Shown one piece after another: positions 9,539-19,772 of a stretch of 57,398 bases of DNA (positions within the stretch are counted from its first letter, which is position 1; each line of letters starts with the position of its first letter). Both the position numbers and the translations under genes were made by a program. The DNA is from a virus (lineage: Duplodnaviria > Caudoviricetes), in the IMG/VR virus record IMGVR_UViG_3300010371_000008, positions 1 to 57,398 of that record; one strand, 5' to 3'. The notes beneath the pieces were generated by a model. The model was given only the letters and a program-made list of their open reading frames with translations. It ran no database searches and was not told the DNA's origin.

Positions 9539-10054
9539 TTGCATACTGTAAACATCCCCGGCGGCACTGCTGAACTGCTCGACTTGGAAGACATGACCCC
9601 GCGCCGCACCCGCGCCATGGACGTCATCCAGTTCCGTTACCCGGCACTCATGGCCAAGCTGACACGGCAGGAGATTGAACACCAGGCCAACGTGGCCGCC
9701 GCGCAGGCCGCCGGCCAGCCCGTCCCGGACATGCCAGACCCGCACCTGTCCGAGGCCGAGGCCGAGGCGCTGGCACTCATGGAGAACGCCACAATCTACG
9801 CCCAGTTGGGTTCGTGGACGCTGGACATTCCCCGCCCCGAAACCGTGGACGCCGTGCAGGACATGCCGTTGAGCGTGTACAACGCCCTGAAAATTGCGAT
9901 CATGGAAGCCCGCGTCACCCCCGACACCGACCCGGCATCATTCGAACCGAACGATGTAACCGTGGCGGATGATGCCAGCCCTTTTCCCAGCTCTGGCAGC
10001 TCGGGCGAATCCTCGCCGGCACCGGCTCGGCGTCGGGCACCGAAAACGACCTGA
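9539..10054 (+). CDS. Tail assembly chaperone (short form)
   Basis: TTG start after AGGAG; lies between major tail and tape measure; contains a slippery heptamer. Confidence 0.8.
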   Translation: MHTVNIPGGTAELLDLEDMTPRRTRAMDVIQFRYPALMAKLTRQEIEHQANVAAAQAAGQPVPDMPDPHLSEAEAEALALMENATIYAQLGSWTLDIPRPETVDAVQDMPLSVYNALKIAIMEARVTPDTDPASFEPNDVTVADDASPFPSSGSSGESSPAPARRRAPKTT

Positions 10055-10254
10055 CCCCGGACACCAGGCACCGCATCCGGGAATACCGGTACAGGAAATT
10101 GTTCGGCGCCTCCCATGAAGAATTCATGGACACCCCCATCCACGATGTGGAGTGGCTGCTACGCATTGACGACGCGTACCGGACCGTCGAGGCGAAAGCT
10201 CAAGGGCAGGCCGTCGCACCGCCGCCCGCCCCGTCCACACCCCGAATCAGTTAG
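9539..10254 (+). CDS. Tail assembly chaperone, -1 frameshifted long form (about 238 aa)
   Basis: C CCT TTT at 9979-9985; the -1 frame is open to TAG at 10252-10254 (SQLWQLGRIL...EYRYRKLFGASHEEFMDTPIHDVEWLLRID...). Confidence 0.75.
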
Positions 10255-10265
10255 GCGGTGCCCCT

Positions 10266-10712
10266 GTGGCTGGTTTCACCGTGGGCACCGAGGGTTTGAA
10301 GGCGCTGCAGGACGCTTTTGTGAAGGTTGGGGCGCAAGCCGACCAGGCGGCGAAGGCGACCGTGCAAGAGGGCACGAAAATGTTTCTCCAAGATTCCAAG
10401 GGTGGGTTTGAATTCGCCCACAAACGGGGCGAACCGCACGTGGGCGGCGCAAAGCCGAACATTGTTACCGGCAACTTGCGCCGCTCCATCCTCAACACGC
10501 CCCTAGAACATGTGGGGATGGGTGAGTACCGGGACACTGTGAGCCCGTCCGCAGTCTATGCGCGTCGTGTCGAAACAGGTTTCGAAGGCCCGGACTCGTT
10601 GGGGCGTCAATACCACCAAAAAGCTTACCCATACATGGGGCCGGCTGCCGAGAAATTGCAGGAAAAGTTGCCCGGCATCATGGCCGCGAACTGGAACAAA
10701 TACGTCATGTAG
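10266..10712 (+). CDS. HK97 gp10-like tail completion/neck protein
   Basis: PNIVTGNLRRSI...YARRVETG...YPYMGPA motifs. Confidence 0.75.
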   Translation: MAGFTVGTEGLKALQDAFVKVGAQADQAAKATVQEGTKMFLQDSKGGFEFAHKRGEPHVGGAKPNIVTGNLRRSILNTPLEHVGMGEYRDTVSPSAVYARRVETGFEGPDSLGRQYHQKAYPYMGPAAEKLQEKLPGIMAANWNKYVM

Positions 10713-10721
10713 GGGGTCCCC

Positions 10722-13619
10722 TTGTCGCTGCTGCCGCCGCTGCTTATGGAAATCAAGGCCAAGAATTCCGAGGCCATCGCGGCGTTCAAGGAGACTGCCG
10801 CCGAGGCCAACAAGATGGCTGCCGAGGCGACCGCTGCCGGTGAAAAGTCGAACGCGTCATTCCAGAAAATGCAGGGCATTTCCAAGGCCGCATTCTTGGC
10901 GACTGCCGGTGTTATGGCTGTGGTGGGTGTTGAGTCCATCAAAATGGCGGCAGAGTTTCAGGAGTCCACCAGCAAGCTTGCCGGTAACGCCCAGATCAGC
11001 ACGGACGCCGCAAACAACATTGGTAAGGCGTTCCTGTCCACGGCGGGCAAGTCCACGTTCAGCGGCCAAACCATGGTCAACGCCTACGGACCGGTTGCCC
11101 GGCAGCTCGCCTCCGTTGAAGGCCACGCCCTCTCGTCGTCCGACGCGCTGAAAGTCATGACGGCGGCCTCCGACCTGGCCGAGGCGTCCGGCGGCGATCT
11201 CGCCTCCACCACGTCCACCCTGGCCGTGGTCATGCAGTCCTACCATTTGGGCGCCACCGACGCCGCCGAGGCGTCCAACACCTTATTCAACGCCTCAACC
11301 ATCCTGAACACGCCGCTAGCCGACGTGGCTAACGCTGTGGACAAGCTCCACGGGCGTCTCGGTGTGGCCGCCCCATCCTTGGCGGACACGTCCGCGCTCA
11401 TGGTCGATCTTGGCCAGCACGGCGTGACCGGTTCGCGCGGGCTCATGGTGGTGCAAACGGCCATGTCTACCCTGCTCGGTGGTGCCAAGCCCGTCAACGA
11501 TGAGCTGAAATCGTTGGGCGTCTCAATTTTTGATTCCAACGGCAAATTTATTGGCATGAAAGAGGCCATGGCCAAGCTGTCCCCAGCCCTTGCCGGGCTG
11601 ACGGATGAGCAAAAAGCCTTGGCTGAAAAGAACCTTTTCGGTGCCGGTGCTGCCGGTGTCATGAACGGGGTCATGTCTGGCGGTGTCAAGTCGTTTGAAG
11701 CCGCATCTGCTGCGGTGGAGAAGCACGGCGCCGTGGAATCCGCGGCTGAACGGAACGCGCACACGTTCGGCGGCCAGCTCAAGACTCTGTGGGCTACGTG
11801 CCAGGATTTGGGTGTCACGATTGGCGCCGTCCTCCTGCCGCCCGTGCAAGGCGCACTAGCCGGCTTCCTGGGGCTGTTCAATTTCCTCAAGGCCAACACG
11901 CCCATCGCGATTACCTTGGGTGTCGTGGTGGGCGGCCTCGCCGTCGGCCTGTCCAGCCTGTACGTCATCACCAAGACGGTCACGCTTGTGCAGTCCGCAT
12001 GGGCCATGGGCACCAAGGCCGCAGCTGGCGCCCAATGGCTGCTGAACGCGGCCATGGACGCAAACCCCATCGGCATTGTGATTGTCATTCTCGGTGCTCT
12101 CGTGGCCGGTGTGGTCATCGCCTACAACAAGCTCGGGTGGTTCAAGGACGGCGTGAATGCCGTTTGGACCGGGATCAAAAACGTGACCGGTTCCGTCTGG
12201 GATTTCATCAAAACATACGTCATTGGCGGGTGGATTCTTGAATTCCAGATCCTGGGCAATGCAGGCATTTTCTTGTGGAAAAATGTTTTCATTCCGGTCT
12301 GGGATGGGATCAAATACGCGTCAAATACGACGTGGCAGTGGATCAACAACAACGTTTTCTCCCCGTTCAAACTCGGTATCACCGCTATCGGTATCGCGTT
12401 CGACCAGACACAAAAATTCATTGGCACCGCATGGGGCAAGGTGAAGGACGCCGCCGCGGCACCAGTCCGCTGGATTGTGGACACCGTTTACACCAACGGG
12501 ATTGAAAAAGTCTGGAACGGTATTGCTGGCGCTGTCGGCCTGAACCTGAAACTGCCCAACGTGTCCGCAGGTTTCGCGGACGGCGGCATCTACGGGACAC
12601 GCCCAGGCTACACGCCCGGACGCGACACCCACCTCATCGCCGTCTCCGGCGGTGAAGCGATCATGCGGCCCGAATGGGCGCGCGCCATCGGTACTGACGG
12701 GGTAAACCAGATGAACCGGATGGCGAAATCCGGCGGCGTTTCCGCGATCCGTAAAGCCATGGGCTATGCGGACGGCGGCATTGCCGGATACGCCGACGGC
12801 GGGGTACTCAACGGTATTGGCTCATTCCTTGGCGGGATCGGCCACGCCATCGGCACCGCCGTCTCCGACGTAGCCCATTTCGTGTCCGACCCGATAGGCA
12901 CCATTACCAGCCTCATCGTCGCACCCATCAAGGCCATGCAGTCCATGGCCCCGGGTGGACGGTTCGGGCAACTCGCGTTCCAGCTCCCCATCAACGTGGT
13001 GGACGGGCTCGGGGACGAGGCAAAGAAACTACTCGGCGCGATCACTGGCGGCGGCGGTTCCCCGGGCGGTGGTGGTGGGAACGCGGCGGCTGGCGTCCAG
13101 CAATGGGCGCCGGACGTGCTGCGCGCCCTCGCCATGGTGGGGCAACCCGCCAGTCTGCTACAAACCACGCTGCGCCGCATGAACCAAGAATCTGGTGGCA
13201 ACCCCAACGCAATCAACAATTGGGATTCCAACGCCGTAGCGGGCGACCCGTCGCGCGGGCTCATGCAAACCATCGGTTCCACGTTCGCCGCGTACGCCAT
13301 GCCCGGGTACAACACGAACATTTACGATCCGATGTCGAACATCCTCGCGTCTATGCGGTACGCCATCAGCCGGTACGGCTCGTTGGCAGCCGCCTACAAC
13401 CAGGCGGGCGGCTACTCACTGGGCGGAACCGTGCCTGTGTTCGATCAGGGCGGCTGGGTTCCTCCGGGACGGTCCATGATCGACAACCGCACTGGCGGCT
13501 ATGAGCGGCTTTCCAACACCACGCATGGCGGCGGAAACATCACCGTCTACGCCACCACCAACGCCTCACCCGACCAGATTGCAAACTCTATCGGTTGGGC
13601 GCTGAAAACCCAGTACTAA
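10722..13619 (+). CDS. Tape measure protein with C-terminal lytic transglycosylase (SLT) domain
   Basis: 965 aa, Ala-rich, Trp/Phe-spaced repeats; ESGGNPNAINNWDSNA...SRGLMQTI...ISRYG. Confidence 0.95.
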   Translation: MSLLPPLLMEIKAKNSEAIAAFKETAAEANKMAAEATAAGEKSNASFQKMQGISKAAFLATAGVMAVVGVESIKMAAEFQESTSKLAGNAQISTDAANNIGKAFLSTAGKSTFSGQTMVNAYGPVARQLASVEGHALSSSDALKVMTAASDLAEASGGDLASTTSTLAVVMQSYHLGATDAAEASNTLFNASTILNTPLADVANAVDKLHGRLGVAAPSLADTSALMVDLGQHGVTGSRGLMVVQTAMSTLLGGAKPVNDELKSLGVSIFDSNGKFIGMKEAMAKLSPALAGLTDEQKALAEKNLFGAGAAGVMNGVMSGGVKSFEAASAAVEKHGAVESAAERNAHTFGGQLKTLWATCQDLGVTIGAVLLPPVQGALAGFLGLFNFLKANTPIAITLGVVVGGLAVGLSSLYVITKTVTLVQSAWAMGTKAAAGAQWLLNAAMDANPIGIVIVILGALVAGVVIAYNKLGWFKDGVNAVWTGIKNVTGSVWDFIKTYVIGGWILEFQILGNAGIFLWKNVFIPVWDGIKYASNTTWQWINNNVFSPFKLGITAIGIAFDQTQKFIGTAWGKVKDAAAAPVRWIVDTVYTNGIEKVWNGIAGAVGLNLKLPNVSAGFADGGIYGTRPGYTPGRDTHLIAVSGGEAIMRPEWARAIGTDGVNQMNRMAKSGGVSAIRKAMGYADGGIAGYADGGVLNGIGSFLGGIGHAIGTAVSDVAHFVSDPIGTITSLIVAPIKAMQSMAPGGRFGQLAFQLPINVVDGLGDEAKKLLGAITGGGGSPGGGGGNAAAGVQQWAPDVLRALAMVGQPASLLQTTLRRMNQESGGNPNAINNWDSNAVAGDPSRGLMQTIGSTFAAYAMPGYNTNIYDPMSNILASMRYAISRYGSLAAAYNQAGGYSLGGTVPVFDQGGWVPPGRSMIDNRTGGYERLSNTTHGGGNITVYATTNASPDQIANSIGWALKTQY

Positions 13620-13623
13620 ACCC

Positions 13624-13656
13624 GCTGGCCGGCACCCCTAACGGGTGCCGGCCAGC
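13624..13656. terminator. 14-bp perfect hairpin after the tape measure gene
   Basis: gctggccggcaccc-ctaac-gggtgccggccagc. Confidence 0.5.
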
Positions 13657-14997
13657 CCCAGTGAACGGACGACTTTGACAACAACGTTTGCCAACATCAT
13701 GGACTACGGCGCCACCGGTGACGGAACGACCAGCGACACGGCGGCCCTGCTCGCCGCCCTGGGTGCGGGATCAGCCGGAAAGCCTCTGACCGTGTACCTT
13801 CCGCCGGGCGTCTATAATTGTGCGTCCGCGGGCGAGATTTTCATCAACAACCCAAACGTTGCCATCGTTGGTACGTCCGCGAAAGCCACCACACTGATCC
13901 TGTCGGCTGGGCTGCGCCCCATCAAGGGCCAGTTCTCGGCGTCCGGTATCGGCTTTGTCTGTTCCGCGTACTCGTCCAACAACCGAGCTATCTACGTCTC
14001 CGACGCCTACGTGACCGCGCTCAACACGGATGTCACCGGTTTCAGCATCACCAACTGCGACTTCACGGGATTCTTCTATTCCGTGGATCTGCGCGGCGGC
14101 GCGTACAAGACCAATGATTACACGTACGTGCCCCAGTATTTCATCCGTGACGTGAAAATCACCGGGTGCACCTCGACGGCCCCGGCTTCCGGGAATGCTG
14201 GCCATTTCCAGATGATCCAAACGTACGACACCGAAATTTCGGGCTGCTCCACCTATGGCGGGGCGGGTGCGACTTCCTATAATTTCATCCAGTCCAATGG
14301 TTTTGTGCGGGTCACCGGAAATTACAGTGACACGAATTCCTACGGATCGTGCGAGATTGAGAACCAGGCCGGGGATGTCACGATCACCGGGAACACTTTC
14401 AAGTCGCTCATGTGGGTGGATGATTCATCGTATGTGACCGTGGCCGGGAATCGTCTCGCCGGCGGCATGCGCATCACCTGCCAGTCGTACAATGTGCGGG
14501 CTGTCCAGATCACCGGCAATACGGTGGACTGGCTGGCGATCCAGAATTTTGGTGACGCGTCGGCACAGAATACGGCGGCCACCTTGTCCGGTGTGTGCAT
14601 CAACGGGAACGTTTTCAACGGCACCGGGGCGCAGGCCATCCTTGTGCAGGATGCTTTGGCGGACAAGATCAAGGGTGTTTCGATCCTGGCCAACACTTTC
14701 ACTGGCACCTATACCACCGGTGTGGTGACGGTTGTGCGCAACGTCGGCATGAACGTGACCATCATGGGGAACGTGTGCAGCACTGGCCACAACTACATCA
14801 CCCTGTCCGGCACTGGCGGCACCATCAACACGGTCAACAACAAGGGTGCCACCTATTCCGGCACCCGTGACCGCATGTTGACCAGCTACCACGAAATTCA
14901 GGTTGTTGGCGGCATCGTCGTCACCGCCCCGAACGGCAACCCGTATCTGCTGGGTGTCAGCGACACCGGCTCTTTCACCCTCACCGCCAACCCGTAA
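13645..14997 (+). CDS. Right-handed parallel beta-helix protein (tailspike/depolymerase-like); start may be 13675
   Basis: NIMDYGATGDGTTSDTAAL...VYLPPGVY pectate-lyase-3-like N-terminus; repeated IxGNxF strands. Confidence 0.8.
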   Translation: MPASPSERTTLTTTFANIMDYGATGDGTTSDTAALLAALGAGSAGKPLTVYLPPGVYNCASAGEIFINNPNVAIVGTSAKATTLILSAGLRPIKGQFSASGIGFVCSAYSSNNRAIYVSDAYVTALNTDVTGFSITNCDFTGFFYSVDLRGGAYKTNDYTYVPQYFIRDVKITGCTSTAPASGNAGHFQMIQTYDTEISGCSTYGGAGATSYNFIQSNGFVRVTGNYSDTNSYGSCEIENQAGDVTITGNTFKSLMWVDDSSYVTVAGNRLAGGMRITCQSYNVRAVQITGNTVDWLAIQNFGDASAQNTAATLSGVCINGNVFNGTGAQAILVQDALADKIKGVSILANTFTGTYTTGVVTVVRNVGMNVTIMGNVCSTGHNYITLSGTGGTINTVNNKGATYSGTRDRMLTSYHEIQVVGGIVVTAPNGNPYLLGVSDTGSFTLTANP

Positions 14998-15095
14998 AAA
15001 ATAGGTGCCCGCCCCCGCCCGCAACATTCCCTGTTGCGGGCGGCGCGCGTCGTGGCCTGGTTGTTTTCGCGTCCGCAAGTTTTGGAGGTTTCACC

Positions 15096-16631
15096 ATGTC
15101 AACCACGACCATCACCCGCACCAACTTGTGCCTGAACCCCAGCTTTGAAATGGATCTTTCCAACTGGCCGGGCACCACGGGATCAACGAACACCACGACT
15201 TCGGCGCAAGCCTATGTTGGCACGAGCTGCGCCCAGATCACCATGTCTGCCACGTCCACCGTCCGCTTCTACAGCCCCACCGGCGTGAACGGCATACCCG
15301 TCACACCGGGCCTGTCCTACGTGTTTTCTGCCTACGTCATGGCGGCCACCACAGGCAACTCATGCACTGCGGAAATTCTTTGGTACAACGCCGCAGGCAC
15401 CAACATTTCCAGCAGTGTCGCCGGTGCCGTGACCGACACCACGACGTGGACACAGTACAGCATTCAGGCCGTGGCACCAGCAAACGCCGCCACGGCCACC
15501 ATGGAGCTTTTCTGGACTACCGGCGTCGTCGGTCAAGTCCATTATGTGGATGCTGTCATGTTCCAGCAGGCCACCAGCGCGGGCACCTACTTCGACGGCG
15601 GCACCCCGAACGCTGCCGGCCCCGGCGGTCACAACCCGCCCGCCACATACTCCTACATGTGGCTTGGCGTCCCGAACGTGTCCGCCTCCGTGGAAGTGCT
15701 GACAATCCCGATGCAGGCGTACCAGTTGGCCATGCCCAACGGGACGATCCTTGGAAACGGTACGGGTGTTGAACTGTCCAGTATTTCTGGACTGTTGGAC
15801 AAGCCTGGCACCCGCCAGGGTGATGCGCCGCGCGGGCAGCGGGACGGGTCCATCCCCGGCCTGAATTTCGTGGGCGAACGCGTGGTAACGGTCAATTATC
15901 AGATCACCCAAGTCCCCGGCCTGACTGAAACGTACCGGGCCATGGCATCCGCAGCACACCAGAACGTGCAAGACCCGTCCACAATCTGCCTGACCGGCGG
16001 CGACTACCTGCGCCAATACGCGGGCATCGGCACCATGAAACCCGTCTACGACGTGCAGGTGCAGTTGCCGAACCGTGCCGTGCCGCTCATGTTTTTTGGG
16101 CGCCCCACCGGGTACAACTCCCCCGTGGATCAGAATTATGGGTACGGGCAAATCAGCATCGTTTCCCAGTGGACATGCCCGGACGGGCTGCTGTACGACG
16201 CCATCCCGGCATCGGCCAGTTGCGGACTCGCGAACCCCACCACGGGCGCCACTTTCCCGTTGACGTTCCCGCTCTCGTTCGGTTCATCCGTCGGCGGCTC
16301 CCTGCAAATCACCAACGCAGGCAAGTACTATGCGAACCCGTTTTTCGTGATCCATGGCCCGTGCAACACCCCCACGATTCAGAACCTTGTGACCGGCCAG
16401 CAAATCCAGTTGAACATGGTCCTTGCCGCATCGGATGTTGTCACGGTGGATACACAATCCGGTGTGGTCACCCTGAACGGGACGGCGAACCGCAACAACG
16501 CCGTGGACATCAGCACCACCATGTTTACGATCCCCGCCGGCACCGCGTCCATTGGTTTCAGTTCCATTGATTCTGTCGCCGTCAACGCGACCTTGACCGC
16601 GTACGTGCTGCCCACCTACGACGCCGCATAA
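15096..16631 (+). CDS. Distal tail-like minor tail protein with N-terminal carbohydrate-binding domain
   Basis: RTNLCLNPSFE...YVDAVMF...YFDG (CBM-like), then Dit-like GATFPLTFPLSFG and IHGPCNTPTI. Confidence 0.75.
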   Translation: MSTTTITRTNLCLNPSFEMDLSNWPGTTGSTNTTTSAQAYVGTSCAQITMSATSTVRFYSPTGVNGIPVTPGLSYVFSAYVMAATTGNSCTAEILWYNAAGTNISSSVAGAVTDTTTWTQYSIQAVAPANAATATMELFWTTGVVGQVHYVDAVMFQQATSAGTYFDGGTPNAAGPGGHNPPATYSYMWLGVPNVSASVEVLTIPMQAYQLAMPNGTILGNGTGVELSSISGLLDKPGTRQGDAPRGQRDGSIPGLNFVGERVVTVNYQITQVPGLTETYRAMASAAHQNVQDPSTICLTGGDYLRQYAGIGTMKPVYDVQVQLPNRAVPLMFFGRPTGYNSPVDQNYGYGQISIVSQWTCPDGLLYDAIPASASCGLANPTTGATFPLTFPLSFGSSVGGSLQITNAGKYYANPFFVIHGPCNTPTIQNLVTGQQIQLNMVLAASDVVTVDTQSGVVTLNGTANRNNAVDISTTMFTIPAGTASIGFSSIDSVAVNATLTAYVLPTYDAA

Positions 16632-16642
16632 GGAGAGTTGCC

Positions 16643-17773
16643 GTGCCTGCCCAGAAAGTCATGATTACGGCGTGGGATCTTTGCACTAACGTGTTGCTCA
16701 CCAATTTGGAGGCCGTCGCCCCCACGTTTTCGGAACGTTTGAACGGGGCGGGGCCTTTCAATATCTCCCTTGACCTGACCGACCACACGGTGTCCGAACA
16801 AACAAGCGTTATTCTCGGCCTCGATGGCATCCCGTTTAAGGTGATCTTTTCCGACCCGGACACGGAACAGATCTTCTTTACCGGGATTGCGCGCACACAG
16901 ACAATGGACCCGTCATCGCCGCTGCTGCCCATCACGGGCACCATGCTGACCGGTTACTTTGACAGTGTTTTTGCTGCGAAGTCATACACGACCAGCACCA
17001 CCCCGGCGAAGCTTTTGTACAACGTCATCCAGGACGTGCAAACTCTGGTTCCTGGGGCGCAAGTGTTCGTGACACCGAGCTACCGGATGGCTAACCCGCC
17101 GCCCTCGTTTGTCCCCGGCTACCAGCTGGGGCAGCGGATCAAGGTGTCACAGATCATGAACGACCTGACCATGGGCATTACGGCCGGTTATGGCGGCGTG
17201 GACTACTACATGTCTTCCAGCTTCCAGCCCGTGGGCGGACCGAAACACCTGCTCAACATTTGCGCGCCCCGCTGCGGGATCGACGCCACCCAGTCCGGCC
17301 TTGTGATCGACCTGACGACCGCCGCCACATGGTCCTATGCGGTGGATAACTCGGCGTCCAGCAACGAAACAGTGGTGGTTGGTTCCGGCACTGGCGCCAG
17401 CCAACCCGTGTCCGACGTGTTTTCGGATGTGCTGGTTGGCGGGCTCGGGCAGCCGCCCCGCCAGCAAGCCCTTTACCAATACAACCGGGTCACGTCCCAA
17501 TCCCACCTTGACAGTATCGCCCGCGGCGCATCCGAAATGTTCCAGAACCCGGTGCGCGTCTTCACCGTCACCTTGCCGGTGGATTATGCGTCATGCCAGC
17601 TGGGCGGTTTCAGCATCGGTGACGACGTGCTGGTGACATCACCCGCCGCCGGCACACCGTATTTCCCGCACGGGCTCAGTCAGTGGTGGCGGATCGTCGC
17701 CTACCAGGTCACCTACCCGACCGAGGGAACCGCCAGCGTCGTCCTCACCCTGAACACTCCCCCCGTCTTCTAA
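16643..17773 (+). CDS. Minor tail (hub/Tal-like) protein
   Basis: FSERLNGAG...FSIGDDV...WRIV motifs; follows Dit. Confidence 0.7.
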   Translation: MPAQKVMITAWDLCTNVLLTNLEAVAPTFSERLNGAGPFNISLDLTDHTVSEQTSVILGLDGIPFKVIFSDPDTEQIFFTGIARTQTMDPSSPLLPITGTMLTGYFDSVFAAKSYTTSTTPAKLLYNVIQDVQTLVPGAQVFVTPSYRMANPPPSFVPGYQLGQRIKVSQIMNDLTMGITAGYGGVDYYMSSSFQPVGGPKHLLNICAPRCGIDATQSGLVIDLTTAATWSYAVDNSASSNETVVVGSGTGASQPVSDVFSDVLVGGLGQPPRQQALYQYNRVTSQSHLDSIARGASEMFQNPVRVFTVTLPVDYASCQLGGFSIGDDVLVTSPAAGTPYFPHGLSQWWRIVAYQVTYPTEGTASVVLTLNTPPVF

Positions 17774-17788
17774 GGAAGTATCCCCGCC

Positions 17789-18859
17789 ATGGTGAACCCC
17801 ATCCTTGACCCCCGCCACGCCTTGGCTGAACGGCTCAAGTCCATCGAATCGGCACAGGCCGGGCTATCCACCCAACCCCTGCTTTTGAACGCGTCTACGG
17901 GGCAGATTGGTGGCGGCACGCCTGGCTTGGCGACGGACGCGACCGGGTTGCAGGCGTATAACTCGGCGGGCGTGCTCGTTAATTTTCTGGAAACCTCCGA
18001 CGGCACCATGCGCTGCTTTGACAGCTCGGGCACGGAACAGGCCCGCATGGGTGCCCTGTTGTCCAATCCGGGCAATTATGGGCTGGAAATTTGGACGGGC
18101 ACGGCGTGGCAGCAGGTGGCGTCGGCCACGTCGGTGGCATGGACTGCTGTTACGGGGAAGCCGTCCACGTTCCCACCCACGCTGCCTATCTCCGGGTCCA
18201 GCATTTCCAGCCCGGTGGCGAATGCCACGAACGCAAACAACGCGACGTGGGCGAACGGTTCAACGAACGCGTACAACAACAACGTGCCCGGCACATCGTT
18301 TTATGCGGTGTGGGTGGGCAACGACTCGTTCAATTCTTTCGGCAAAAACGTGTCATCCATCCGGTACAAGACGAACGTTCGCGCCCACAACATCGACCCC
18401 GCCGAAGTTTTGAAGCTGCAACCGGTCATTTTTGACCGTTTGCCCGTCATGGTGGACCCGCCGGACGGGCAGGTGGGCGCCACCCAGCAGGTCACCGGCC
18501 CCGCCAACGAGTTCGGCATGATTGCTGAACAGGTGCACGAACACGTGCCGGAAATCATCCAATGGTACGACTCCGAAATTGACGGCATCCGGTACGACCT
18601 TCTGCCTGTCGCCCAGCAATCAGTCCTGATTGACCATGACGGCAGAATTGCCGCCCTCGAATCCCAGCTTGCCGCCGCCCTCGACCGGATCACCGCCCTT
18701 GAAACACAGGTGCAGGCGCCGTTGCCGAAGTGGTCCCCGCCGTCCGGGCCGGCCGCCACGGGTGTCGCGTACACGCCGACCGCATGGCACCCCAACATCC
18801 CGTCCTACGCCGCCCCGGTGCCTGAACCAGCACCACTGCCGTACACGATCCAACCATAG
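17789..18859 (+). CDS. Tail fibre-like protein with peptidase S74-like intramolecular chaperone domain
   Basis: SSIRYKTNV...LKLQPVIF...GMIAEQV...PE...GIRYD followed by a coiled coil. Confidence 0.75.
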   Translation: MVNPILDPRHALAERLKSIESAQAGLSTQPLLLNASTGQIGGGTPGLATDATGLQAYNSAGVLVNFLETSDGTMRCFDSSGTEQARMGALLSNPGNYGLEIWTGTAWQQVASATSVAWTAVTGKPSTFPPTLPISGSSISSPVANATNANNATWANGSTNAYNNNVPGTSFYAVWVGNDSFNSFGKNVSSIRYKTNVRAHNIDPAEVLKLQPVIFDRLPVMVDPPDGQVGATQQVTGPANEFGMIAEQVHEHVPEIIQWYDSEIDGIRYDLLPVAQQSVLIDHDGRIAALESQLAAALDRITALETQVQAPLPKWSPPSGPAATGVAYTPTAWHPNIPSYAAPVPEPAPLPYTIQP

Positions 18860-18868
18860 GAGCCCGTC

Positions 18869-19771
18869 TTGGCTTTCCCCACCGTACCTTTCGGCCTCCA
18901 AAACGCCGCCCATAATGCGAACCTTTTTCGGCAGGCCGTGGCCTCCATCATCCCGCCCGGCGGCGGCCTGGCTCGGCAAGCTGACCTGAACATCACCCAG
19001 ACGGGCACCCCGTCCATGGCTGTCCTGCTGGGTGTGGGGCGTTTGTGGATTCCCGGCACCAACGTGTCCAACGTTGCCGGCGGCACGTTCTCCACACAGG
19101 CCATGTACTACACCGAAAACGAATCGGCCATTACAGTTCCGGTGACAGCATCCAGCCCGACCCTACCGCGCGTGGATGTCATCTATGTTGCTATCCAGGA
19201 TTCCCAATACTCGGGCACCCAGAACCAAGTGTCCACAACGTTTATTGCGACGGGCGCCCCCATTTCCGGGGCCTCGTACCCGGCGAACGCGCCCGCGATC
19301 CCCAACAATGCCCTCGCCATCGGCTACATCATTGTGCGGGCAAACTCCACATCCATCCTCAACTCCGACATCACCAATCTGGTCCTTCCCGTTTTTGGTG
19401 CCCCGGTCTCCACCGTGTACGCGCCTCTGAACGGGACGTACACGACCACGACGGGCACCATCACCCAGCAAACCATCACCGGCATCACCTCCCTGATTGC
19501 CAACATTCAGTTCATCTTCTCAGGAACCAGCCCCACCGTGGGCACCACGTTTGTGGATTTGGGGCAGATCATCCCTACCTCGCTTCTGTCCGCGACGGCA
19601 CCAACCTACTATGGTGCGGCATGGCTGGCCGGCGGCGGTGCGGGCTACAACCTTCCGATCAACATCTTCCTGAACCCGCAAACGGGCCACGTCCTGATTC
19701 GGCAACAGACCGGATCTAACGCCATGGCGTCCGGCGTCACGTTCTCCTTCGTCCTGCAATGGAACCCGTGA
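18869..19771 (+). CDS. Minor tail protein
   Basis: PSMAVLLGVG...PTLPRVDVIYVAIQDSQYSG motif of actinophage minor tail proteins. Confidence 0.7.
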   Translation: MAFPTVPFGLQNAAHNANLFRQAVASIIPPGGGLARQADLNITQTGTPSMAVLLGVGRLWIPGTNVSNVAGGTFSTQAMYYTENESAITVPVTASSPTLPRVDVIYVAIQDSQYSGTQNQVSTTFIATGAPISGASYPANAPAIPNNALAIGYIIVRANSTSILNSDITNLVLPVFGAPVSTVYAPLNGTYTTTTGTITQQTITGITSLIANIQFIFSGTSPTVGTTFVDLGQIIPTSLLSATAPTYYGAAWLAGGGAGYNLPINIFLNPQTGHVLIRQQTGSNAMASGVTFSFVLQWNP

Positions 19772-19772
19772 T

